DNA of 64,000 bases from a virus, in the IMG/VR virus record IMGVR_UViG_3300020248_000002. One strand, 5' to 3'. Position 1 is the stretch's first letter. Every line of letters begins with the position of its first letter. The notes beneath the pieces were generated by a model. The model was not told where the DNA came from. It worked only from the letters and a program-made list of their open reading frames with translations, and searched no databases. Shown here in pieces: positions 58,801-64,000 of this stretch. Made by a program: the position numbers and the translations under genes.

Positions 58801-61800
58801 AAGAACACAATTTGACGCAGGTGTTGCTGTTTATGATGGAGTTATTAATGTTGCTAATAACTTTGAACCATATGATAGAGTTGCTTATATTGTTCTAGGA
58901 TCTAATATTCCAGAACTTGATGGAACAACCTATTATGTACATCCTAATTCAACATCTAATAAGATAGTTCTTACAGAATATATTGATGGAGAACCAATAT
59001 ATCTAAGTCCAGGTCTAGCATCACAGTTACATACACTCGCTGTTGAAGTAGATCCAGGTGTAGATCGTGTACCTACAACTTATGGAACACGTGATGTACC
59101 AACACCAATCAAAGCAGGTTTCAACCTTGCTGATGTTATCTACGGTGGAACATCTGGTGCTACTGCTCAGATAGTTCGTATGGAAGATAATTTAGCAGAT
59201 ATTATGTATCAGGCAAAATATATGACCTGTAATACATTCTCTGCACAAGGTGGTGGAACTGGAATCAAGATTCAGAATGGTGAGACAGTTGTTGTTCAAG
59301 GTGCTACTCAAAATACTGGTAAGGTTCTTGCTACTGATAACGAGACATATATTAAGTTGATTGATTACAATGGAACATTTACAGCAGGTGATACTATAGA
59401 AGGTGTTACATCTGGTGGTACTTGTACATTTGCTGATGAGCACGATAGACTTCTTGTTAATTTCCGTCAGGGTGAATTTATTGCAACTGATAAGTTCTTC
59501 TCTACAGATACTGGATCTAAAGCAACTGCTCTAATTGTTAGAAACAATAACGGTGCACTAATTGATAATCAGAGTGGTAGAATCACTTACGACATCACCA
59601 CAGTAACTGGAGAGTTTAAACCCCAAGATGTTATCTATGGATCTGTTACTGATCAAATTATTGAAATTGAATCTTTTGTTACTCTACCTAATTTTGGTGA
59701 GTATGTACACGGTAGACAAATTACAAGACTTACATATGTTCAGTTAATTACTGATACAGGTGTTACTGATACATTTAATGTTGGTGATGTATTACAGGTT
59801 CAATCTGGTGGTATTAGTATTGGTTGGACAGTGACTGTTACTGAGATTGATACAAATAATAATTACGTATTTGTTGCAAATGAAACTGGAACTCCAGAAG
59901 GTGTAACTATTTCTGATATTGCAAGTAATTCACAATATCAACTTGCTAAAGTACCAGTTGGAACTCTATTCCCATCCGTATATACAGGAGTTGCAGCAGT
60001 TACAATAACAGATACAACAGCATACGGTAAGATTGCTAAGATTACACAGTTTGGTACTCGTGCTGTTCTCCACTTAGAAGGAACAAGTGGAACATTCCAG
60101 AAGAACTCACAAATTATTGGAGACAATGGTTTCAAAGGTGCTTGTTCATCTGCTAGATCTTTAAGAGGTAGAGTACGTAGATTCTTTAGAGGATTTGATG
60201 GTGTACAAAAGGCATTTAAACTAACTCAAGGAAATGGTACACAATACTTCCCAGATCCCGCAGGACATATGATGATCTTTGTGAATGGTATCTTACAACC
60301 ACCTGGTGCTGACTACGCATTCACAGCATTCTCAGATAACATACAGTTTACTGAAGCACCTGCTATAGGATCAACTTTCCACGGTGTATATAAAGGTAAG
60401 TTAAGACAATTAGATGATATATCATTCGACTTTGATTCATTACGTAACTCATTCAACTTAAAGTTAAATGGAGTGTTCTACTCATTGACTTTAACTGATG
60501 GTGTACAATCAAATACAATCTTACCTGAGAACAATATTATTTGTCAGTTAAATGGTGTTATACAGGAACCTGGAATTGGTTTTGAAATTGTTGGTTCTAG
60601 AATTATCTTCTCTGAAGTTCCTCGTGCAGGTTCAACCTTCGTTGCATTCTCTTATGTTGGTTCTGATGTTGACGTTATTGCAGCAACAGTTGTACCACCT
60701 ATTGAAGCAGGTGATGAACTTATCATTGATGGTGAGGAAGAAACAAGAACAGTTGCTCTTATTGAATCATCTAACTCTCTAATTACATTTGAGTATGGTG
60801 GAGCAGTTAAAGGACGTAATGCTTCTGCACTTGCTGAAATTGAAAAAGGACGTATTACCAATGCGATATTAACAAACTCTGGTGATGGTTATAGTACAAG
60901 ACCACAAGTTGATGTTATATCTTCAACAGGATTTGGTGGACGTATTAAGGCACTTGTTGGTGTAGCAAGAATTGATGTTAAGAACGCAGGTCAAGGATAT
61001 TCATTACCTACTATTGTTGCAAATACAACTGTTGCAGATGATTTCTTAGGACCTACAGGACCTGCATTAAATGGTGGTATTGATATTTACGATCCTAACT
61101 TCATACCTGTAACAGGTGGTACTGGAGTCATAGAGAACTTTATAACAATAACTGAATCACCTAGAAATATTACTGTTAACCAAGGTCAGACTGCTACATT
61201 CCAAGTTGCAGCAAAAGTAACAATATCTAATGTTGTTGCTTATCAAATTAATGTTGCTGATAAGTCTGTTAACCATCCTTACTATGGTCAAGGATCTGGA
61301 AAAGGTTATAACTTTACTGGTGGTCAATTTAATTCAAGCACTGAAGCACCAACACTTGTATTTGTTCGTGGAGCAACATATCAGTTTAATCAAAACGATG
61401 TTACCAATGCTACTCACGCACTTTACTTTAGTGAAGATGCTACTGCTTATGGTGGCAATAGTAGATATGAGACTGGTGTTGTATATCGTCTTAACGGTAA
61501 TCAAGTTGCAGACTACGCAACATATGCTGCGGGATTTAATGCTGCTACAACACGTAGTGTTAGCATTACAGTCGCTGCTGATGCTCCTGCTACTCTTAAT
61601 TACGTATGTGGTAATCATCAGTATATGGGTTCAGCAATTAACGTTAACAACGGAACTCTTTCATATCAGTGGCAGAAAAAAGATTATGGAACATCAAGTT
61701 GGAACAATATCACTGGAGCAATTAGTTCTACATATACAACTGCTGCTACTACACAGGCAGATACAAATGATGAATATCGTGTTGGTATCACATCTAACGG

Positions 61801-61900
61801 TGCAATCCCTGTTCTATCAACTGCTGCTGTTCTTACCGTCAACATCGGTGCAACAACACTCAGTTCCTTCACACCTACCCAAATCTTTGACGACGACTAA
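40814..61900 (+). CDS. gp7: Giant baseplate wedge initiator gp7-like protein (7028 aa)
   Basis: Follows gp6; Q.P.FI.E...F...YY.SQE start, IKDFY.SKGT...LFKILF, IQDSYFYQNFSYVIKS...HP.GF; many GSGY...P.V repeats; YHYH-like, beta-propeller, LamG and Ig modules. Confidence 0.85.
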   Translation: MKSVKVSQRLQDQIPAFIKEEDQSFVDLLVQYYKSQEKSGKPYDILNNILSYTDISSDEYDPNFISSSSIVLDRIGATDQNITVETVDNFLEKDGTIKIDNEIIFYEETTKSPEVVFTPGVNKLEFDKKIQELENIRPLFDGTETSFQLKLLGTPITPSSVEYLRVIINGLQLEPNVDYFLDGSNIRFQTPPANLAGSTTVTKIEYLIGYTSVPVRVLDVINITDDLVGAKILPLRLNTVVYTPLSTVSCLIAVNGVVQEPFTDYTVYNDHLILKKAVSLNDKITVRSVELIAPQFGKGASAIARVSDNKVTDLIVKNGGQDYRINFTPKVTILTPEGVTGKEATAEALVNGIKNVQLIDGGQGYTSANPPVVVFDTPADPSGSIAKATVTVDDATGQVTGINVQSSGSGYDTIPSISFTNAAGATISDAQIDSEGKVVDGSIQVLTKGLHYTTAPEVYIDAPVDPIGIRASAIAVLDDQSRVDRIEMISPGRGYVTPPRCRIIDPIGAQILDVKVSGGKLTDIQLLTGGSGYNDAPSVYIVDNRKNLSGEAIGGTGATAVATIFNGEITDINITSFGDGYSDTEPPQVFIASPKAAAASCDVGFQEITGFTVHSHGSEYQPSQFKNCKRGVSGVSSYDIRGNQVFTNEAQSIQSSHEVGTSIENLDSLFAKTLYERFVNQFLPDADIDYTTINAPQIVKTIKDFYVSKGTKTATEYLFKILFSENVDVSYPKDELIKPSAATWSVDTIIRVELISGNPVDILDSQLFQYADAVDTTVGNAVCLVENVIAINTGDRTIYELSISEETLEGKFSIPYKTTLVEPLTTTESIITVDSTIGWPERNGIIIMGDSERIQYKEKSLNQFIECTRSKNGIVEDWDSGTPIYSDIFCYINRGLDTEVKLRVLGIAEATGTVLTDTGSYYLPSDKLNVASLGSSSTDQRVTSWLYNVKKLISVNNIEPGGLNNQTATVYTTNNHGLLVGDSVTIYGANPTIFNGTFSVTSRISATVFSYQISAPAPNSPQGNILMSVDLNKGKSDEESINNSIAQFTTNVQNTFFNSNYSYIATTGIPNYKVGPFIGSALLPGNQRKLSRFPRIVDTVSRRDDLSFGPIGCWVNGVAVWSYKSQIKTKFGGITSFDIVDAGEGYDAASKPLIEISGGGGSGAAASVVVNGSLFNVDVTAGGSGYTSSPLVSIVGGGGFGATATAVITNGVVSKVLVETPGQGYTSAPTVSISGGNGTGATATAEVRGPIQSISVDTAGSSYTTAPNIKLNSGEGAVAQPIIINGRIVSIAIINSGSGYTSPPNVIINGDGYGAIAKATIGTFGEDKGRVLSITVENRGIGYSTGLTTIRCESIGQGASFTANVFEWTQNLETELSGLMDPSRGYVFAGYNTQYGGEYAHLSDPKQLRYVLGDNVFKDPSSGNLRELSAGLRHSPIIGWAFDGNPIYGPYGYIDAADQSSGIKRCVSSYRVKPALLFDSATNPNPVRADGPLLSDKPAGTYIEDYEYVFQAGDLDQYNGRYCKTPEYPEGTYAYFVSIDASEAGLPVFPYVCGPQLYSRPDEWNYSQDAVQTNIPLDVVRFRDPYEDVDIDIQRTPNQDTDTLVTEIGDEFIFEIEDTNRDGVISTEEENELNYISEEPVLQLFDYYPSVSTRSQVDIEIDTTTKFEDAKISGFVVENPGISYKVNDKLFFDDTGTGGYGASAKVNAVKGIDVSQYTSSMVNDSPLAKITTTGEHDLRVNDEIIVDSIPIIDQTNKTFRVKVVSGVETVNISQQGLGYNDDIPPTYEIVTGTGQDFKLELVQLESGAVNTVNIINSGSEYTPSNPPEVRVSHPQRYKKANYALTLLDESSGIEKIVKLKDIVTADDRTFYVVGEADDVDGDSAGLLAKFNSDGRLLWTRTMAPLQPAAGDKRCVFNRIYLENTSPHSIYVVGETIPNNVNLSYNPDLVVAKYTSGFDAQNNPTAVPVWQREIAGISGSSRRDYISSLTIDDNGQIYVGGTTDTNSPNPDDMWIALLDEQGAIKEKRKICTASGSEQLTDLKFTSDNTCIFVGVNDPAGTSEIIIGETNYDNVTINVSWSRQFGNTGYRFSNPKITIDDYGSRYVTATAYQISNTKNTGVLYMKFAPSDYKTPSVVKLLSPTGVFEDIQSTGVKFDIFGNIDVGAYVKYAFNDHRAIIFKISWNTSNILTAASVKQVSGIGFQPTTISNDNSGDTIIAGNKIESNELAILNFESTITGDETYNNTLTAGWSVDPTLDTSKWKYGAQSANISAAANRLSLDWGADVATNYTIEAWIAIGQAQYNAQSSTPNIFDVAPTTGDNAVVELEGDATSPDFGKVRLKLGSNTYLSTTTTNWTTFNNEAFIHVALVKSTPGVGTYVYKVFINGVEQIDVTSTTIDTQLKSILLFGKSSPVVASSIGGWVDNISVSGIAKYSDTFTPAQAVGSNKTVSAFCYKLDREQTKTGTYTLNTVQTGMQIQVAAAVNDFTFNTQVITSGDWTLGPAGLQILDYADVVSNNVEGTYSFTSTDQIYETRTATIPTPLGRKLLLSTTVIPKFYIRDAIYQSIDTVKTVTFNQTANFTKGSILQQYSVIGGQDVVSAYGTIVNVRGAQGQVDIGNIIGNFDTTKKLKSTANDVNLINQTFLVETTIPQWFTNFSYTTGDEVYNAGKIYTAGSTGVSGASAPIHTIGTVTDGNINWVYTRDAGSFNIDLANTSYSSGTLNQFGSWRPFVATDYSIRIEAVYEGSAFIKGDNIDADAVGLSATFDATGKIITISGLVGVKKFHLTSNLDKDIIPTGALAFTDLVFCVSTSRHNFTQNEIIFVEGFTTTEYGGSFFVEEVLDSRRFLYRLRSTAVQDPSFTSSTIASVNIYAKHPQLLFVRKHQYIFDLDDPSNFGYYMSFSKDNQYKLEYPFVNIVREGIPGLTDQTSPKPLVKFIVDEDVTNISYYFDPSRTLPSNSPVGEASFIDVIETPYKGTFNINQILSDTEFTFPLLVEPEKTTAPLGTTETGLTRASYSTTSLKAIGPIASIKLVNPGGFYQKLPIVTDISSDREIEKIRIISGGTEYINGIYYNVPIAGDGEGGLCNITVADDGELTGVITAVELTSPGKGYTTASIDIDTIPGILGSLLQGSGGQLDVVIPAEGSGASVFLQGTSIGKIKKLKNNEFGFGYSHDYTLRPEITFPVNLQLFNTAILSEIKVTDPGSGYTSIPRVVIEGGGGSGAEAEAIVKNNRLSEIIIKNPGSGYSSEPSVTLKSEFNYVVNLDLGYLQFNFPHGITTGAAVQLRAEDLGSTVGVLPKPSSAGLVSLSSTTTYYAIAGEANSLEADQLRIALTQVDAESGNFITFLTQGDGRQILLTEVFGGQATAIVQTSRFLKGELVYQGSSLETATATGYVSDNEGWQIGPRILKLENYNGNWTVGERVTAQVSRASGLIDNLSIARGTLNIDSMTTTTGQFIDDIGKPSEIVQKIQDSYFYQNFSYVIKSQTPINEWRKSILETNHPVGFNMFGELALAAGKDISGRKVVSDLVKEVNIFSATNINQITSFANSQPIYTEFNNTEVLFRQRRLTNSEEILTSIVKKLDNIDNDFNGVKTQFPLTVEGESVTATDDQLLILINGVAQSPGTAFTTSGPSVVFSEPPKAPSRIKFRNLTFSQINIIRYTFSTTSGIFPQTGKPVRSLQNEGTATVIDSGVDYIDVIDVEGTFQIGDNVLASSSGFDGTLSAVTGLTSKTIYEQGERITNLQGDFAIIEENNLRDGVVDARLVVSRTSGTSEFETGDFNIKFNDTIYSAASKIAARVTVIAPYTDDVSQQIIDTVDLSPPSSFFGLIFQRVPSITYPNTILDNISETVINPEELYEEGTANNQDFLDFEEVRNQEIRYNYLSGSQFVAGDSIRNKQIYYDNASLVGVDDQRSFDAAVLIRKNARFIAEEAVGLMKAFFPSFVVPSLGGDRDCEDDIVDILNIVAYQLEVDGNSEIWDAASTYVQGNAIYHVDGEVAQTIYAFNKARDLAIQCIRNEVINTTTTNLPQYRDPTITEEFAVISNSHGDARDLILANKWFIAYEALHYAKTQNPGYNVSGGDVHCLSDIVDVLEAMVYNLAHGGNNFVYKATKKTLQYGVTSGDRDTIVDAFTKARDIAIEVMRNNAWTKAGSHNWNQVTDTSITADPANPTCQAVASAITTLMNILITNLGSTASPGTVAAFEAAVTETAPSGAYAGYTNSCVNQANAITSYMRIITDTLEDPTGGTPATYQWAITNVPRVLPPYAFVDGETLRCAKHAYRDKSSGGFFVFGDTVRAVTSGATYDVIGSNAGNKWIFSKQISGVLQAGEYITNSKLTYANVSQDKLTFKTDSGSLRFTGSGSYATFPSSNAVLFGDGADAATGDYTMELWIRPASVTGTQRLIDLRESSSDTKLGILMSGQSLRLSIGASDVITVSSAITTINNWYHIAVSRSTSVTKLFVNGQQMGTYTDTNNYNANSKITVGAGWNNGNPFNGWIDNLIIRKGISQYNSSFTPPIIFNDSTDVSFALLGEAPFPMEQSAVYATYVNHIISTATADEVELWRSELTTEGVDLSREEYRICAEVIRKNIDYIAEEAVGRLKYRYPDFVIPGDGGMSGYGSNVCLRDTKSYIIPAIIDDLISGGNFQTTIVGRAYIEGSGALQHIGGEQLQSIYTWREVAKLCIDVITLDEADLEGTYSTKVRVPNYFASPASSQIQTDIMTLVDDLLDVIGPTGHRFRDGADLIYFNRKAIADEAVYYIENKYQVQVGFSTVNKLTIPNRAKCVRDIRDHILPAIAGDLVTGGNFETQAMIDSYLDNETNINYIEDELLAMIDAIEYAKKLAQKAIQGLLIGRNENPAQVAADFSDYYQMLYTDESVYRDDTITIDPKAYTGSDRDLDAANLLQQNAKTIAGEAVDILTKTSFAQSKKFRVPGGKVNCEDDIVDIIESVAHDLRFGGNSETYDAAALYLNTDLALSHVTNQSDETIYAFKLARDMSILTIRNRLGFTPYESEAATGGLGQAIQRPDYYNNATTNGYYDAANEIENNIRFIATTAVGRGMSQYPNLAFSGGYNYQSCVDDVVDLLEALVFNLKHGGNNRMWYSSEFYITVGNAIQHISNQAAEVKYIFEQARDIAIQIMRQQIVTINGVTEGSAIYDSSITIDGTNTTVGNLTPTNVEYFPTTGNLRLTVNGHNLTTSDSIQLAQNSLTFTCDFDGNATNHTYPRPLDPSSGALLPVTAFTTNTFTVNVGTTANGTHDVTDAIYEEATGNLFLDIGTNNLNVGRHIKFSQDYAITFTCTKDGNTTNHAYPRPTDYASGKSLEVLEISDSAFTATGATYSPTTGAMTLTVPQHGFSNGDQIRLVNNSLNFTCTMDNNYSVHSYPRASDPASNQYLTISNVATNTFDVNVGSTNTLNYTPSNVVYSPTTGDMVITIGNHSLVPGSHIKIADNSLIFTCLEDNNATEHSYPRTTTTIHQSTAAVYEPTTGMMQLTVPQHGFANGDQIKIATDSLTFTCGQDNNQTNHTYPRATDPAANSWLEISDVTANTFKVQVLLSTGIPSTNTTPHTYVSSATNNITWKKDRAYDVPLEVKAVGQTTITVNVLASGRIPSTNVTTHTFVNAATNAISAGGNYTHTFISAAPGGVRFKNGRIKVNVNPAPTNEQYPHTFVSAVSGAVSYGGNHPHNFVSANTNAITFIIGGGGVRCVNEAASITTLMGIPINLFDSSNTSNPTAYLNGITRTLPLEWPLTGERAIRRDVSITYDSAGNGNCTTQSSAINTLWEILINTIDTAAQGNGSHLATITRTAPVTNNTVYKGGTCYDVTSAAHVLFKTLLHGLGSGTEMYKQSARLLIYNDTYTRLESYEKTLNQYPGYAGDASFAEPIQKAIVYDFITNGNARTLQLVNSWFDADGNFVAYPTLFRTRLLYHARMIKELMDHILKGTAPDPGVNANQPLYSLDGTNPDRELRPTATASHKLHQLFHLILTALQYSQFPTTYLRTQFDAGVAVYDGVINVANNFEPYDRVAYIVLGSNIPELDGTTYYVHPNSTSNKIVLTEYIDGEPIYLSPGLASQLHTLAVEVDPGVDRVPTTYGTRDVPTPIKAGFNLADVIYGGTSGATAQIVRMEDNLADIMYQAKYMTCNTFSAQGGGTGIKIQNGETVVVQGATQNTGKVLATDNETYIKLIDYNGTFTAGDTIEGVTSGGTCTFADEHDRLLVNFRQGEFIATDKFFSTDTGSKATALIVRNNNGALIDNQSGRITYDITTVTGEFKPQDVIYGSVTDQIIEIESFVTLPNFGEYVHGRQITRLTYVQLITDTGVTDTFNVGDVLQVQSGGISIGWTVTVTEIDTNNNYVFVANETGTPEGVTISDIASNSQYQLAKVPVGTLFPSVYTGVAAVTITDTTAYGKIAKITQFGTRAVLHLEGTSGTFQKNSQIIGDNGFKGACSSARSLRGRVRRFFRGFDGVQKAFKLTQGNGTQYFPDPAGHMMIFVNGILQPPGADYAFTAFSDNIQFTEAPAIGSTFHGVYKGKLRQLDDISFDFDSLRNSFNLKLNGVFYSLTLTDGVQSNTILPENNIICQLNGVIQEPGIGFEIVGSRIIFSEVPRAGSTFVAFSYVGSDVDVIAATVVPPIEAGDELIIDGEEETRTVALIESSNSLITFEYGGAVKGRNASALAEIEKGRITNAILTNSGDGYSTRPQVDVISSTGFGGRIKALVGVARIDVKNAGQGYSLPTIVANTTVADDFLGPTGPALNGGIDIYDPNFIPVTGGTGVIENFITITESPRNITVNQGQTATFQVAAKVTISNVVAYQINVADKSVNHPYYGQGSGKGYNFTGGQFNSSTEAPTLVFVRGATYQFNQNDVTNATHALYFSEDATAYGGNSRYETGVVYRLNGNQVADYATYAAGFNAATTRSVSITVAADAPATLNYVCGNHQYMGSAINVNNGTLSYQWQKKDYGTSSWNNITGAISSTYTTAATTQADTNDEYRVGITSNGAIPVLSTAAVLTVNIGATTLSSFTPTQIFDDD
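52559..58510 (+). repeat. Helical protein repeats DA..LI..N..FIA.EAV...C.(R/D)D.....A...DL..GGN (6 copies plus 1 degenerate)
   Basis: Read from the translation; Cys codons at 52673, 53063, 54680, 55160, 55625, 56039. Confidence 0.85.
56320..57900 (+). repeat. Five beta-rich protein repeats Y.P.TG...FTC..D.N...H.YPR..D plus five H(T/N)(F/Y)(V/I)(S/N) return strands
   Basis: Read from the translation. Confidence 0.85.
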
Positions 61901-61908
61901 ATACTCTT

Positions 61909-63276
61909 ATGGCAGCAAATGGATCCTATAATAGTAGCAATAATGTCCTAACAGTAACTGGCGATGGTTTGCCATCTCCAGTGAACTCAGGAACTTTTCC
62001 TAATGCTAACAATTCAAACACAATTACATCATATGCTTTCAACCACAACTTTGTTTACAGAGGTGGATCAAACACGTCTGATTCTGGGGTTGTCGGTTTG
62101 GGTGCTATTGGTATTGCTGCAAACGGTGTCGTCTTCTTTAATCCTAGTGCAGGAACTGATGGGTCGCCCCCGTCAGGATTTTCCTACGTGGCAGCGGGTA
62201 TTGGTTCTGCTGTTAATTATGGAGAAGATAGTTGTGGTGGGTATCCTGAGTCAAGTGGTCAGTACCGTTATAACGACAGCGACTTCATAGATTGTTGGAA
62301 TGCCAATCAAGTGATGGCAGGATATAATGATTACTATGGTTCATCTCAATATAATGGTGATAATATTAGACACCCTGATGGTCACTCTAAGATAATAGGT
62401 TATAGTTTTGATGGTTATCCTGTGTATGGTCCTTATGGATATACAGATGCTAATGATAACACTACACCTGTAATCAGAATGTCTTCTGGATGGACAGTAA
62501 GAACTCAAGAAGCACCTGGAAGACCTGCATATGATACAACATACCCCGCAGGTGTGTTTATGGAAGATTATGAATATACTGGTGGAACAGGAAAGTTAGA
62601 TACACATAACGGTAGACATTGTGTAACACCTGAGTATCCTAGTGGTACTTTTGCATACTTTCTTACTGAAGATAATTCTGGAAATCCAGTATTTCCTTTT
62701 ATGATGGGTTTGACCTCGAAAGAGGCAATGGTAGTACCTGCCAATGATGGTTTTACACAAACTGCACCACCTACTGATGATGGTGGCGATACTCCCGATC
62801 AACCCCCTACTCTTGTAATTACAAATCAACCAACAAACGCTACTATTCAAAGTGGAAACCTTCAACAGTTTAGTTTGTTAGCAGAAATACAACCACAAAA
62901 TGATACTATTGCATATCAGTGGCAAGTATCAACAGATGGTGGATTTGCTTGGTCTAACTTAACTGGTAATACATCAGCAACACTGAATATAAATGCTCAA
63001 CCATTTATGACAGGTTATCGTTATAGATGTGTGTTGACTGGTCCAGTTGGTGCATCTACTCAAGCACAAAACTCACCTTTAATAAGTAATTTGGCGATCC
63101 TTACTGTAACAGGTAGTGGAACGACTATAGATTATGCCAGTATCCTCAAATTTGACAGTGGTATTGGAAAATACGATATGACTCCAGTTAATTTTGACAG
63201 GGATAATAACAACCCTGACTTTACTATACAGAACTTTACACTGGATAATTCGACAACTTCCTTCGATATGACATAA
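61909..63276 (+). CDS. YHYH-like domain plus Ig-like structural protein
   Basis: GAIGIAANGV.FF...GHSKIIGYSFDGYPVYGPYG...LD.HNGR...TPEYP.GT.AYF; ITNQP...YQWQ.S...YRYRC; CTAAATA at 61897. Confidence 0.75.
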   Translation: MAANGSYNSSNNVLTVTGDGLPSPVNSGTFPNANNSNTITSYAFNHNFVYRGGSNTSDSGVVGLGAIGIAANGVVFFNPSAGTDGSPPSGFSYVAAGIGSAVNYGEDSCGGYPESSGQYRYNDSDFIDCWNANQVMAGYNDYYGSSQYNGDNIRHPDGHSKIIGYSFDGYPVYGPYGYTDANDNTTPVIRMSSGWTVRTQEAPGRPAYDTTYPAGVFMEDYEYTGGTGKLDTHNGRHCVTPEYPSGTFAYFLTEDNSGNPVFPFMMGLTSKEAMVVPANDGFTQTAPPTDDGGDTPDQPPTLVITNQPTNATIQSGNLQQFSLLAEIQPQNDTIAYQWQVSTDGGFAWSNLTGNTSATLNINAQPFMTGYRYRCVLTGPVGASTQAQNSPLISNLAILTVTGSGTTIDYASILKFDSGIGKYDMTPVNFDRDNNNPDFTIQNFTLDNSTTSFDMT

Positions 63277-63303
63277 ATAAAACTGTAGAAAAAACCCCCT
63301 ACT

Positions 63304-64000
63304 ATGGCTAAGCAGAATGTAAACGTCGGTGTATCGGCAAATGATGGTACAGGAGATACCCTCAGAGACGGTGCTATAAAACTTAATAACGTAATTAACG
63401 AGTTATACACCCAACTTGGTGATAATACTAATTTGCAAGTTAGTATTGGATCACCATCAACAAACCAAGTCCTTAAATGGAATGGAACAGTATTTACAGA
63501 AGGAGATCTGGCATCATCTAATTTGACTGATGTTGACTTGACTGGTATTGGAAATGGTCAAGTACTAAAATGGAATACAGCAAACTCAAGATTCCAACCT
63601 GGTGATGACTTACAAGGTAGTGGTGGCGGTGGGGGCAATGCCATTACTAACTTGACTAACAATGGTTCTAATAACGTTGTTATCTCAACTCATTTTCTAC
63701 CAAACACCGACAACACATATGACTTAGGTAGTAACTCACTTAAGTTTAGGGATTTATATCTATCCAGTTCTACTATTTGGATGGATGATACAGGTATTTC
63801 TATAGGATCTGATCAAGAAATTACTCGTAGAAAGAGAAAAGCACATACTGTTCATAGTATAGACACAGGTGCTACTCGTACTATTACATCTAAATTAGCG
63901 TCAGAAAACTCTACAGAAGAAGAGGGTCTTCGTTTACGTTTTAGTGCGATGAAAGTAGGAACACCTCTAGAAATTGAGGATGTTAATGGTAATAAAATTG
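63304..64000 (+). CDS. gp9/gp10-like baseplate tail-fibre connector, 3'-partial (not in track)
   Basis: MAKQNVNVGVSANDGTGDTLRDGAIKLNNVINELYTQLGD; QVLKWNG repeats; CATAAATA late motif at 63272. Confidence 0.8.
   Translation, partial: MAKQNVNVGVSANDGTGDTLRDGAIKLNNVINELYTQLGDNTNLQVSIGSPSTNQVLKWNGTVFTEGDLASSNLTDVDLTGIGNGQVLKWNTANSRFQPGDDLQGSGGGGGNAITNLTNNGSNNVVISTHFLPNTDNTYDLGSNSLKFRDLYLSSSTIWMDDTGISIGSDQEITRRKRKAHTVHSIDTGATRTITSKLASENSTEEEGLRLRFSAMKVGTPLEIEDVNGNKI

Noticed and set aside
61230-61931. 233-aa alternative-frame ORF and other shadow ORFs in structural genes
   Set aside because: Leu/Met-rich or Ser/Cys-rich translations expected from third-position T/A bias; they lie almost wholly inside strong genes
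1-64000. Diversity-generating retroelement, introns/inteins, tRNAs, stop-codon recoding
   Set aside because: No reverse transcriptase or TR/VR pair, no splicing motifs or cloverleaf noticed; TAA, TAG and TGA all end genes and long ORFs are intact in the standard code

Overview
A 64-kb, AT-rich, entirely plus-strand segment of a T4-like cyanomyovirus. The host is probably Prochlorococcus, inferred from a Prochlorococcus-type psbN and low GC. Layout: (1) tail-fibre module, 1-6963; (2) accessory enzyme island, 7001-16839, with two flavin-dependent (tryptophan-type) halogenases, seven 2OG-Fe(II) oxygenase-fold enzymes plus one ligand-less copy, psbN and DUF2973; (3) a modular early-gene island, 18.1-32.2 kb, with about 45 mostly tiny, often acidic ORFs (two ArdA-like, an SF2 helicase, a PD-(D/E)xK nuclease, a truncated HNH) divided into cassettes by about 16 repeated promoter elements of two classes that share an AACAC leader, plus a candidate sRNA whose loop is complementary to that leader and a Fur-like box at the boundary; (4) baseplate genes: NlpC/P60, PAAR, gp25, gp6, a 7028-aa gp7-like protein, a YHYH-like protein and a partial gp9/10-like protein. 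The strongest candidate for novelty is the giant baseplate protein. It carries six Cys-containing repeats resembling the phycobiliprotein fold and its bilin-attachment motifs, arranged in a nested out-and-back topology, plus an apparently intact type-1 copper site. All family calls are from motif recognition by eye; no searches were run. No tRNA, rRNA, CRISPR array or integrase was seen.
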